Of a stretch of DNA of 64,000 nucleotides, positions 42,636 through 52,526 are shown piece by piece (within the stretch, counting starts at the first letter, position 1; each line of letters starts with the position of its first letter). The stretch is from Salinispira sp. (lineage in GTDB: Bacteria > Spirochaetota > Spirochaetia > DSM-27196 > Salinispiraceae). The notes beneath the pieces are model-generated. The model did not search any database and was not told where the DNA came from. It was given only the letters and a program-made list of their open reading frames with translations. The stretch lies in contig CBDDDG010000021.1 in NCBI GenBank assembly GCA_965226555.1, forward strand, positions 224,001 to 288,000, in the 5' to 3' direction. Position numbers and translations under genes: made by a program.

Positions 42636-43612
42636 GAGGGCTGCCGGACAATTCCCGCGTAGGCGGGATCCACGGGGGTTGAATGCACAATGTCGGTGAG
42701 TATCTCTCCTGCCGATGCCCGGGGATCGCGGCATGCTACTCTGTGCGCCATTGCGGGAATAATGATCTCCTTTACGGTGTCGAGGTCAACATAGTCCTGC
42801 CCCCGAACACGCGCGAGCGCCCGGACAAGGCGCGAGAGTTTAACTCCTGTCCGGGGACTTGCCCCGAGCTCCAGAAGCGGATGCTCCCTGCTTGCTCTCA
42901 CAATGCTGATAATATATGCCAGAACATCGGGATGCAGGGGAAGAGTATCTACCGCCTCCATCCATGAGAGAATTTCCCGCTCGGTAACAACAGGCTGCAG
43001 CTTCTCCCATGAATTTGCTGAACCGTGCTGCCGGACAAGGCTGCATTCATCGTCAAAATTCGGGTAGCCCAGAGATATCTGTATCATAAAACGGTCGAGC
43101 TGCGGCGCCGGCAGCGGAAAAAGATGGCTCCCCTTGAGGTTCATAGTGGCAATGAGAAAGAAGAGCTTCGGGAGCGAGTAGGTTTGTCCCTCAATGCTCA
43201 CATATCCCTCTTCCATGGCCTGAAAAAAACTCCCCTGAGTTTTGGGAGTGAGGAGGTTTATTTCATCGCAGAGAACAAAGTGAGAAAAAATAGGTCCCTT
43301 ATTGAAAACCATGTCATAATCGGCGCCCAGCAGCCGTGTGAATCCGAGAATGTCCTGCGGCAGCAGGTCGACCGTGCACTGAATACGGCTGAACCACGAT
43401 ATTTCCACTCCCTCAATAGTCCGGTTTTCATCCGGCCAGCGGATGCTCCCTGCGAGCGCCCGCGCAAGGGAGGTCTTGCCCACGCCGTGAGTATCGGCAA
43501 GCATAACATGCCCCCCCGCGATCATGGCTGCAATAATATACTCAAGATTCCTTCGTTCAACATATATAATTGATGCGATGTTTGAGATAAGCCGGTCAAT
43601 GTCGTTCTTCAT
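42632..43612 (-). CDS. MoxR-family AAA+ ATPase
   Basis: HGVGKT, RIQCTVDLLPQDILG, DEIN, QLDRF, GASPR. Confidence 0.92.
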   Translation of the reverse strand: MKNDIDRLISNIASIIYVERRNLEYIIAAMIAGGHVMLADTHGVGKTSLARALAGSIRWPDENRTIEGVEISWFSRIQCTVDLLPQDILGFTRLLGADYDMVFNKGPIFSHFVLCDEINLLTPKTQGSFFQAMEEGYVSIEGQTYSLPKLFFLIATMNLKGSHLFPLPAPQLDRFMIQISLGYPNFDDECSLVRQHGSANSWEKLQPVVTEREILSWMEAVDTLPLHPDVLAYIISIVRASREHPLLELGASPRTGVKLSRLVRALARVRGQDYVDLDTVKEIIIPAMAHRVACRDPRASAGEILTDIVHSTPVDPAYAGIVRQPS

Positions 43613-43818
43613 GGTGATATTATATATGAAATTTTTGCCTGAGGCAAAGCTTTGTTGTGGATAAACTCTGTGTTGATGCTCAGCATGCTCCCGGGAACAA
43701 TGCTCCGCGCGAGGTCTTTGTTGAAGTAGGAGTATATGAAATCATGGAATATCTGAGGATTTTCAAAAGCATATTTCCAGCTTTGATCGTGCAGCATGCC
43801 TATATATTTTTCGCTCAT
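43609..43818 (-). pseudogene. N-terminal fragment of another Rpn subfamily, cut at a 27-bp mini-element (43628-43654)
   Basis: HDQSWKYAFENP..DFI..EFI typical Rpn N-terminus. Confidence 0.7.
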
Positions 43819-43986
43819 ACCATATAAACGGGGTATGCGCGCATGGTGGATGATGTAATGAGAAAATTTTGCAGAAGTTTTGCAGTTTGCGCCTGCGCAA
43901 GTCCTGTACGTTTTACCTCCTCAGGATTTTCCTGCCGGCTGCATGGCGAACCGAATGCCCGGGCGAGCAACGCGGAGCGGCAATAA

Positions 43987-44199
43987 TTAATGCGATCCGT
44001 TTCGCAATGTGCGCATTTCCTCATCGCTCAGCCCGGTAATTCTCTGAACAGCCTCTGTCGACAAGCCTTCCAAAAACATACTGCGGGCCGTTTCTCGAAT
44101 GCCTTCTTCACGACCTGTTCGCAGTCCTGTCTGCAATCCTTCCTGCCGACCCATTTCCGCAATGCGCGCTCTGAATGTTTCCGCATTCATTCTGAACAT
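43987..44199 (-). CDS. intragenic small Rpn protein, 70 aa
   Basis: TAAGGAGGT-N7-ATG. Confidence 0.7.
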   Translation of the reverse strand: MFRMNAETFRARIAEMGRQEGLQTGLRTGREEGIRETARSMFLEGLSTEAVQRITGLSDEEMRTLRNGSH

Positions 44200-44239
44200 T
44201 TTTGCTACCTCCTTACCTCTCGGTTCTTTTGTTCTTTCT

Positions 44240-44366
44240 GAAACTTTTGCATTGGAAAATTGTGCAAGCACAATTTTCCAGTAGCAAAAGTTTCAAATTT
44301 GGAATGCTTTCTTTGTGCTTGGCATTCTCCAATTTTATAGAAAGTTTTGCCTCTGGCAAAACTTTG
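44240..44366 (-). mobile_element. MITE-like element at the same Rpn site as 11861
   Basis: Near-identical sequence and flanks. Confidence 0.88.
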
Positions 44367-44930
44367 CTTCTAACTGGTTCATTAACGTATCTAAATCTAT
44401 AACAATTCCGAACATCGAATCTACCACGCCGATAAATTCCTTTATCAGCTCCAGCGATTCCTCATTCAGCATTTCTGCTATCGCGTTCTCCACCTTCCGA
44501 ATGTCCCAATCCGTATTCAGCAGATTTTTCGAGTATAGATCAAGGTACATAACAGCCGCAAACATTCTTCCCCGCTGCTGCAACTGCTCCGCAGAATAAT
44601 CGTTCTCACTTATCAGATCGTAGGGAAAGGGGGCAAGATACTGCGGGAATTCCCGCGTGTTCCGCTCTCTGACGTTCCCGGGCACCTTCCATTTTCTCGT
44701 GCCATTATAGAACACAATGGGCAGAAATATCAATTCGCAGTCATCGGGAATTGCTCTGGAGCGATGAATGTTCCGATAGAGCAGGTTTGTGTACTCCGAC
44801 ATGCGGAGGGGCATGTCTTTGTCCATGCGCCTCCGACAAAGCGTTGCAGAAATTGGAGCATTATTGCGGGTTGGAACAGCAGGGAGCGGTAGCCTTGGTC
44901 ATAGGGAACGGGGGCGGGTTTTTCTATGAA

Positions 44931-45716
44931 TTAAAATGTCTGCGGTTCAAAGTCTTCGGCGTTGATAATGGAGGCGCTGGAACCCGTGGCTTTAATGGCA
45001 AAGAGCTTCTTTTTTTGAGCGTATTTATCGGCCGATCCAACAACATTTATGTAGGCAACACCCCCGTAAATAATATCGTTTTGAAAGCGGGGCATGGCTG
45101 TTCGAAATAGTTTCATGCTCTTGAGAAAATGATCCACATCTTCTACCCTGAGAGTGGTTTTGACTTCAATTACCACCGTTTCATTGCCGTTGCAGGCAAT
45201 AAGATCAAACTCGGCAAGCGGTTTTCCCGGAACTTCTATATATTCTCTTCTAACCAAAGTTTTGTCTACGGTAATTCCTCTCCTCTTGAGCAACCTTACC
45301 AAGTCGCCCTCCACGAGGCTCTCTATGAGCTTGCCCCACTGGGAGGTAAAGAGTTCATCGAGCTTTTTTAGCCTGCGGTCGGTTTCCTTCTCTCGACGCC
45401 GAGACTCCAGTCGGGACTCTTCCATTCGGCGGTCGGTTTCCTTCATTCGACGGTCGGTTTCCTTCATTTGGCGGTCGGTTTCCTTCATTTGGCGGTCGGT
45501 TTCCTTCATTTGGCGGTCGGTTTCCTTCATTTGGAGGTCAATTTCCTTCCCTCGACGCTCAGCCTCCTTCTCTCGACGCTGAGACTCCAGTCGGGACTCT
45601 TCCATTCGACGGTCAATTTCCTTCCCTCGACGCTCAGCCTCAATTCGAGACTCCTTTTGGGACTTTGCCGTTTCTGCCATCATGTCTTTAATTTCTTGTA
45701 CGGTTAGTTCTGCCAT
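44931..45716 (-). CDS. coiled-coil heptad-repeat + PD-(D/E)XK nuclease-like protein (DUF3782-like)
   Basis: MKETDRQ repeats; WGKLIESLV; EFDL..VVIEVK; GAGGAG RBS. Confidence 0.75.
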   Translation of the reverse strand: MAELTVQEIKDMMAETAKSQKESRIEAERRGKEIDRRMEESRLESQRREKEAERRGKEIDLQMKETDRQMKETDRQMKETDRQMKETDRRMKETDRRMEESRLESRRREKETDRRLKKLDELFTSQWGKLIESLVEGDLVRLLKRRGITVDKTLVRREYIEVPGKPLAEFDLIACNGNETVVIEVKTTLRVEDVDHFLKSMKLFRTAMPRFQNDIIYGGVAYINVVGSADKYAQKKKLFAIKATGSSASIINAEDFEPQTF

Positions 45717-45928
45717 TGTCTGTCTCCTCTCATGTATAATAGCCTTTTCCGGTACTGAAATCAACTGGCAGACATTCTGCCGAAAACCCTGCCAAAGCCT
45801 CCGACCAGCCCCCGTCTCAGCAACAGACGCATGGCGAGCCGGATGCCCGGGCGAGCAGCGCAGTAGCCAAAGCCGCCGACCAGCCGGCGCGCTCACTCAT
45901 GTACCGCGCCGGCATCTACAGCATGCAG

Positions 45929-47337
45929 TTATGGAATAGTAATCGTATTAGACGATTCCGACCACTCACTATTACCCGCCGCGTTAATAGCGCGTATACC
46001 TATTTTGTATGTGTCGCCTGAGGTATTACCGGGTTGATATGCGCTAAAGGACTGACTGGGGAGGGGATAACTAGATACTATCCAGTCTCCATCATTTATG
46101 CTATATCGCAGTTGATACGCGGTAATGGCACTGCCTCCGTTGTCGGTCGGCAGTGTCCATGTAATATCAAATGCTCCTTGAATACCCGCAGTTAATGTAA
46201 GTATTGGAGGGTCGGGTTTGTTGGGAACAAGGTCAGCAGGAGTTACCGAGGCAGCAGGAGTCGACTTCAGCCACGCGCCATCGCCCGCAGTGTTCTGTGC
46301 GCGAACCCATACTTCCACATTATACGCGGTGCCGTTTGCCAGCGCGGTACTGTCTTTCAATGCCGTAATGCGGTAGCTTGTATTACTTGTATCAGTAGTG
46401 GTTTCGGTCTGCCAGTCGCCCTCTACCAGAGCTGCTGCGGATACGCGATATTGCAGGTCATACCCGGTAATGGCGCTGCCGCCGTTGTTAGTCGGCGCTG
46501 TCCATGCGGCTGTAATAGATTGGTGCACTGGTACGAGCGTCAGGCCGGTTGGAACGGCAGGAGGCCCAATAGGGGTTGCGGTGCCAGTCGCTGGGTTACC
46601 ATTGCCCTGACCATTGACAGCGTAGACCCGCACCTCGTACGCGGTGCCGTTTGTCAGGCCCGTGATGGTATGGCTGGTGTTTGTGTCAGGGGAAATCGGC
46701 ATTGTCCATGTTCCGCCGACTTCGCGATGGTGTAGTTTATACCCCGTGATATCAGGATAGTCTCCCGCCTCAGGCGCAGCCCATGTTGCGGTAATTTGCA
46801 TATTTCCCGCTGTGAGCGTAAACGCAGTCGGTTCCGTGGGAACGCCGCCAATAGGTATTGCTTCCATGCTCGATTCCGACCATTCGCCTGCGCCCGCGCT
46901 GTTCCGTGCGCGCACCTGCGCGACGTAGGGGGTGCCGTTTGTCAGCCCCCCAATGGCGGCGCTTACGGCTGGCGCGTCGGCTGTAGTAATATCCTCCGAC
47001 CAGCTGCTCCCGTCGTCCGCGCTATGGCGAAGTTCATACGCGGTAATGTCGCTGCCGCCGGTTTTTTCCGGCGGAGTCCAGTTAACCCTTAGTTGACTAT
47101 TCCCCGCTACAAGGCTTGGAGCAGCCATGGTGCCCGGCAGCATTGGATCGGGTTCCGGGGTTGGTTCGGGTTCCGGCATTGGTTCAGTCATTGGATCGGT
47201 GTCAGGGCTTGGTTCCGGCATTGGACATCCGGCAAGTAATGCGATGAGAACCACGCTCATTATAATCAATACAGAGGACGTCCCCCCCCCCCCCCCCCCC
47301 ATAACTTTCGTAGTGGATTAAAAAGATTAAACATCAT
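45929..47337 (-). pseudogene. 4xFN3 lipoprotein, out of frame at a G19 tract
   Basis: AAGGAG-N7-ATG at 47337 is 1 nt out of frame with the LAGC lipobox ORF. Confidence 0.75.
47282..47300 (-). repeat. poly-G19 tract in signal-peptide coding region
   Basis: 19 consecutive C on + strand. Confidence 0.95.
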
Positions 47338-47525
47338 TTTAATACTCCTTTCTATAAAAAATATTTGTCGGACAAGGTCCGCTTATGTTTCATTGCAGAT
47401 ACGCGCTGAAACCTTATACAAAGGTTATCACAAAGTATCGGAAATATCAACTGTCTACATGAATTTTATGGCAATTCCGCCCACTATCGGCGCTCGTAGG
47501 CAGCGGCCCACTGCGGGCAATGAAA

Positions 47526-49427
47526 TTAATACCATGATGGATAATTCGGTTGCTTCCCAGGAGTAATGTCATCCGTATCCACATCCAAGCCGGAACTCCC
47601 AAACATAGAATGTTTATATCCGATATATGTGCCATCATCCCATTTACCACCACCATCAGTAGTCTTCCATGTAACAGGGGGATTAACCGAGTTATTCCAT
47701 GCCCACTCTTCAAGATCTTGATTGAATGCGCTCGCTCCCTCGAACATGGAGGACATATCCTCTACTGAACTGACGTTCCAGCCGGAGATGTCGGCATTGA
47801 ATGCTGTTGCCGCATTGAACATATAGTTCATATCCTCTACCTTACTGACATCCCAGTCGGAGATATCGGCGGTGAATGTTGCCGCTCCATCGAACATTGA
47901 TGCCATATCCTCTACCGAACTGACATTCCAGTTGGAAATGTCGGCATTGAATGTGCGCGCCTCATTGAACATATAGTTCATATCCGCTACCTTACTGACA
48001 TTCCAGTTGGAAATATCGCCATTGAATGCTGTTGCTCCCTCGAACATCGATTCCATATTCTCTACCGAACTGACGTTCCAGCTTGAGATAGCGCGATTGA
48101 ATGCAGTTGCTTCAACGAACATGTAGGACATATCCTTTACCGCTCCCGTATTCCAGTTGGAAATATCGACATTGAATGCTTCTGCTCTATAGAACATATG
48201 GTTCATATCTTCTACCGAACTGACATCCCATGCAGAGATATTGCTATTGAATGCGATTGCAGAGAGGAACATGTTGGACATATCCTTTACCGCTCTCGTG
48301 TCCCATGCGGAGATATCGCCATTGAATGATCTTGCAGCAAAGAACATTTGGGACATATTCGTTACCGCTGTAGTATTCCAGAGCGAAATGTCGCCATTGA
48401 ATGCCTCCTCATCCTCGAAAACCTCGGACATATCGGTTACTGCTGCGGTAATTATGTAGTTGAGATCGGCAGTTCTGCTCCAGTTTCCGAAGTGCCCTAT
48501 TGCCTCAGTTACCGCTGTTTTCAGCTCGGTCTTCGTTTGCGGATTCAGGGTAACATAGAAAAATTCGGCAAAGATGATGTCGCCGCTTTCGTTTTCTCCG
48601 TATACCAGATATGTTCCTGCCGTTGTATCTGCGGCAACCGTAATAATTCCGGTGATCGGGTCAATTGTCGGAATGCTGACCCCTGTAGGCGGCGGATTCA
48701 GTGGTGGCGGAGGGGTGACCGTTGTTTCTCCCGATGTTTCATTGACTATGATGGTGCCCGATTCCACGGTGATTACAGAAATGCGTGGATTCTCATTGGC
48801 GATGATGCTACTCACATCAACCGAAAGATGTACAGAGGCTGCCGTACCCGCGGGGGTCCGTGTCGCAAAAACCAGCGGCTGCGCTGTGGCGGATGATGAC
48901 CATTCGCCATTGCCCTGCGCGTTTACGGCGCGCGCCTGTACGCGGTAGCTGTTGCCGTTTGCGAGTCCGGTTATGGTGTGGTCTGTGGCTGGCGCGGCGA
49001 CTTCGGCTGGCGCGGCGACTTCGGCTGGCGCTGCGGCATCGGCTGGCGCGGCGACTTCGGCTGGCGCGGCGACTTCGGCTGGCGCGGCGACTTCAATAAT
49101 TTTCCAGTTGGTGCCGCCGTCCCCGCTATAGCGAAGGTGATACGCGGTAATTGCGCTGCCGCCGTTATCTTCCGGCGCAGTCCATGCCGCAAATAGCCGC
49201 CCAGTGCCCGCATAAAGGGTTGGAGGAGCCATGGTACCCGGCGGGCTTGGTTCGGGCAGCTGAGCGGGTTCTGGCAGCGGCGCAGGTTCGGGCAGCGGTA
49301 CGGGTTCGGGCAATGGCGCGGGTTCGGGCAGTGGTACGGGTTCGGGCAGCGGACATCCGGCAAACACTGTAATAACTATTGAGCAGAATAGGAAAAGGGC
49401 TCCCTTCCGCATACATGTAACAAGCAT
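47526..49427 (-). CDS. FN3 + long BspA (DUF285) lipoprotein
   Basis: FAGC lipobox; PEPxPL and APAEVA repeats; ~10 25-aa BspA repeats. Confidence 0.88.
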   Translation of the reverse strand: MLVTCMRKGALFLFCSIVITVFAGCPLPEPVPLPEPAPLPEPVPLPEPAPLPEPAQLPEPSPPGTMAPPTLYAGTGRLFAAWTAPEDNGGSAITAYHLRYSGDGGTNWKIIEVAAPAEVAAPAEVAAPADAAAPAEVAAPAEVAAPATDHTITGLANGNSYRVQARAVNAQGNGEWSSSATAQPLVFATRTPAGTAASVHLSVDVSSIIANENPRISVITVESGTIIVNETSGETTVTPPPPLNPPPTGVSIPTIDPITGIITVAADTTAGTYLVYGENESGDIIFAEFFYVTLNPQTKTELKTAVTEAIGHFGNWSRTADLNYIITAAVTDMSEVFEDEEAFNGDISLWNTTAVTNMSQMFFAARSFNGDISAWDTRAVKDMSNMFLSAIAFNSNISAWDVSSVEDMNHMFYRAEAFNVDISNWNTGAVKDMSYMFVEATAFNRAISSWNVSSVENMESMFEGATAFNGDISNWNVSKVADMNYMFNEARTFNADISNWNVSSVEDMASMFDGAATFTADISDWDVSKVEDMNYMFNAATAFNADISGWNVSSVEDMSSMFEGASAFNQDLEEWAWNNSVNPPVTWKTTDGGGKWDDGTYIGYKHSMFGSSGLDVDTDDITPGKQPNYPSWY

Positions 49428-49452
49428 ATTTTAGTTCCTTGGGCTGACATTA

Positions 49453-49540
49453 CAAAGTTTTGCTCCTGAAAATTGTGCTCCGCACAATTTTCAGGAGGGT
49501 TCTATTATCTCAGAAAATTGTGCTTAGCATTCTCCTATAG
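49453..49540. repeat. rearranged partial MITE-like copy
   Basis: CAAAGTTTTGC terminus, aaaattgtgc/gcacaatttt hairpin, tgtgcttagcattctcctat. Confidence 0.65.
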
Positions 49541-49626
49541 TAGTAGTTTATCTCATAAAATTCCGAATTTCTATAGTGGGGCTGTGTCATAAGCAGCGCG
49601 CACGCGTATGGCAGGGCAGATAATGC

Positions 49627-49655
49627 TTGCAACGCAGGAAAAATAAGCGTATAAT
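49627..49655 (+). promoter_or_regulatory. sigma70 promoter for acs
   Basis: TTGCAA-N17-TATAAT. Confidence 0.7.
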
Positions 49656-49670
49656 GCGTAAACACTGGAG

Positions 49671-49795
49671 GAAACTTTTGCATTGGAAAATTGCGCAAGC
49701 ACAATTTCCAATGCAAAAGTTTCCGATCTGGAATGCTTTCTTTGTGCTTAGCATTCTCCTATTTTATAGAAAGTTTTGCATTTTGCAAAACTTTC
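49671..49795 (-). mobile_element. 125-bp MITE-like element whose TSD is the acs RBS
   Basis: TGGAG at 49666-49670 and 49796-49800. Confidence 0.88.
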
Positions 49796-49806
49796 TGGAG
49801 GTTTGT

Positions 49807-51732
49807 ATGCTTTATAAGGTTCCTGAACGCGTCCGGCAGGGCGCATCAACAGATATATATGATCTTGACCGATATCGGGAAAGGTATTTTCAGGTAATGA
49901 ACAATCCGAATGCTTTCTGGCTTGAGCATACCCGCGAACATATCCACTGGCGAGAGAAGCCGACAATAAGTTTGGCGGGAAGTTTTTCCGAGATTCATGA
50001 GGCGCCGCTTTCCTGGTTTGGAGACGGGAAGCTGAATGTAAGCGAGAGCTGCCTTGACCGTCATGTACAGACTCAGCCGGACAAGGCTGCCATTATCTGG
50101 GAAGGCGATGAACCGCAGGATCAGCGTACCCTTACCTACCGTGAACTGCACAGTGAGGTCTGTAAGGCGGCGAATGCGCTTATTGATCTGGGAATCCGCC
50201 GGGGCGAACGGGTTATTATTTACATGGGCATGGTTCCCGAAACAGCCATCGCAATGCTGGCCTGCGCCCGTGTCGGGGCAGTGCATTCGGTTGTGTTCGG
50301 AGGATTTTCCGCTGAATCGCTCCGCGACCGCATTAGAGACTGCAGCGCCGATATCATCATTACCCAAGACGAGGGAATGCGCGGCGGTAAGAAGATTCCG
50401 CTCAAGGCAACAGTAGACAAGGCCTGCGAGGGTTCGGGGAGCATAAAAAAGGTGCTTGTGTACCGGCGTACCGGCGCCGATATCCCGTGGAACAGCGGCA
50501 GGGATGTCTGGTGGCACGATTCGGTGAAAAATGATAATCATGAAGCAGAGATTGTTGATGCCGAGCATCCGCTGTTCATTCTGTATACATCGGGATCGAC
50601 CGGACGCCCTAAGGGGTTGGTGCATACCTGCGGCGGCTACATTACCTATACCGCATACACGCATGCGGCAGTTTTCGATCTGCGTCCTGATGATGTATAT
50701 GCCTGTGTTGCCGATGTCGGCTGGATTACCGGACATTCCTACATTGTCTACGGACCATTGGCAAACGGCGCAACAACATTCATGTTTGAATCGACCCCGA
50801 TCTATCCCGATGCCGGACGCTACTGGGACATGGTTGAACGTCACGGCATTACTATTTTCTATACCGCTCCAACGGCAATCCGCGCCCTTGTTGCTCAGGG
50901 CGATGAATTTGTGAAGCGCTATGACCGTTCGAGCCTGAGGGTTTTGGGAACAGTTGGCGAGCCGATTAATCCTGAGGCCTGGGACTGGTACTATGAGGTA
51001 GTTGGAGAGGGACGCTGTAACATTGTTGATACCTGGTGGCAGACCGAAACCGGCGGTATCGCCATAAGCCCCATTGCTCCAGCCACCCCCACAAAGCCCG
51101 GGTCGGCAACGCTGCCCCTGCCCGGAATTATGCCCTCTCTCCGCGATCAGCATGGAAAAATCATTCATGGTCCCGGACAGGGTCTGCTCTGCATCGACTA
51201 CCCCTGGCCCGGGCAGGCCCGGACAGTCTGGGGGGATCATGAGCGCTTTATTTCCACCTATTTCAGCCACATTCCCGGGCTCTATTTCACCGGCGATGGA
51301 TGCCGGCGCGATGAGGACGGCTATTACTGGATTACCGGCCGTGTGGATGATGTTATCAACGTGAGCGGTCACCGTATGGGTACTGCCGAATTTGAAGCGG
51401 CGCTCACAACAGTGGACAGCGTTGCCGAGGCGGCTGTTGTCGGCTATCCCCACCCGGTGAAGGGGCAGGGCGTATATGCCTACATTGTCGCCCAAAGCGG
51501 GGAGAGCATTGCCAACGATGATCTTCGCGCTGCCTGCCGTGAACAGATCGGAGCGCATGCCGTTATCGATGGCTTTCAGGTTGTGCCGGGCCTGCCGAAA
51601 ACCCGTTCGGGAAAGGTTATGCGGAGAATTCTGCGTAAAATTGCTGAGGGCAGGGGAGATGAGCTGGGCGATGTCTCGACCCTTGCCGATCCTTCAGTGG
51701 TCGAAATTATTCTTCGTGATTTCACGGGCTGA
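49807..51732 (+). CDS. acs: acetyl-CoA synthetase
   Basis: YTSGSTGRPKG, DVGWITGHSY, DTWWQTETG, PKTRSGKVMRR. Confidence 0.96.
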   Translation: MLYKVPERVRQGASTDIYDLDRYRERYFQVMNNPNAFWLEHTREHIHWREKPTISLAGSFSEIHEAPLSWFGDGKLNVSESCLDRHVQTQPDKAAIIWEGDEPQDQRTLTYRELHSEVCKAANALIDLGIRRGERVIIYMGMVPETAIAMLACARVGAVHSVVFGGFSAESLRDRIRDCSADIIITQDEGMRGGKKIPLKATVDKACEGSGSIKKVLVYRRTGADIPWNSGRDVWWHDSVKNDNHEAEIVDAEHPLFILYTSGSTGRPKGLVHTCGGYITYTAYTHAAVFDLRPDDVYACVADVGWITGHSYIVYGPLANGATTFMFESTPIYPDAGRYWDMVERHGITIFYTAPTAIRALVAQGDEFVKRYDRSSLRVLGTVGEPINPEAWDWYYEVVGEGRCNIVDTWWQTETGGIAISPIAPATPTKPGSATLPLPGIMPSLRDQHGKIIHGPGQGLLCIDYPWPGQARTVWGDHERFISTYFSHIPGLYFTGDGCRRDEDGYYWITGRVDDVINVSGHRMGTAEFEAALTTVDSVAEAAVVGYPHPVKGQGVYAYIVAQSGESIANDDLRAACREQIGAHAVIDGFQVVPGLPKTRSGKVMRRILRKIAEGRGDELGDVSTLADPSVVEIILRDFTG

Positions 51733-51734
51733 CA

Positions 51735-52526
51735 TCAGCCTGAAGAATATGGCGGAGCGATAACGAGCGTAATGCCGGATTCCTGTATGGATTCCCGATA
51801 ACTGCTGTCCAGAGCGTCATCGCATATCAACATGCTCACCTTTTCAATACCGCTTATGGCGAAGTTTGAAATGACGCCGATTTTGCTGTGGTCGGCAACA
51901 AGAATGACATCGCCCCGTGTCTGGCTTATCATTTTCCTGCCCACATCGGCCTCAAATTCGTTCGGACTTGTTAATCCCGATTGCATGTTAAAGCCGTCCA
52001 CACCGAGCAGGGTCTTGGTTGGGTATATGTTGTCGATCTGGGAAATTACCCCGGGCCCGACAATGGCAAGGCTCTCGGGGCGGATGTGCCCTCCGAGGAT
52101 GTTCAGGTTTGCTTGATACTCCGGAAGCGATTGGAGAATGCCGCCGTTATTTGTGAAAATGGTAATGTCTTCATGGATGAGCATTTCCATGGCGATGAGC
52201 ATGGTGCTCCCTGAATTGATGCAGATGAGGTCGCCGCTTTCCACATAATTAATGAGAACCTGCGCAAGGCGTTTTTTAATTTCCAGATTATGCTGATATT
52301 TTTGCGTGAATGCTTTTTCATGACGCAGGCGGCTGAGCGATACTGCTCCGCCGTGCACCCGCTCAAGTATTCCCCGCGATTCAAGGGTATCGAGATCCCT
52401 CCGGATGGTAATTTCAGCGACCCCGAATGTTTCACTCAGTTCATGTACCCGAACATGGCCGCTCTCCTGGAGCAGTTCCAGAATTTTCGATTGTCGTGAT
52501 ATGGGGACATCCCACGCGCTGCTCAT
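51735..52526 (-). CDS. DeoR/GlpR transcriptional regulator
   Basis: FGVAEITIRRDL..RVHGGA; SGST; ADHSK. Confidence 0.93.
   Translation of the reverse strand: MSSAWDVPISRQSKILELLQESGHVRVHELSETFGVAEITIRRDLDTLESRGILERVHGGAVSLSRLRHEKAFTQKYQHNLEIKKRLAQVLINYVESGDLICINSGSTMLIAMEMLIHEDITIFTNNGGILQSLPEYQANLNILGGHIRPESLAIVGPGVISQIDNIYPTKTLLGVDGFNMQSGLTSPNEFEADVGRKMISQTRGDVILVADHSKIGVISNFAISGIEKVSMLICDDALDSSYRESIQESGITLVIAPPYSSG

Larger units (their letters stand above)
43987..44925 (-). pseudogene. Rpn copy 4 (start lost, 160-bp deletion, MITE insertion)
   Basis: Comparison with copies 1 and 3. Confidence 0.9.

Noticed and set aside
45400..45640. 21-bp repeats as CRISPR array
   Set aside because: Contiguous in-frame coding heptads without spacers
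49846..51558. 570-aa antisense ORF
   Set aside because: Shadow of acs; no recognisable motifs
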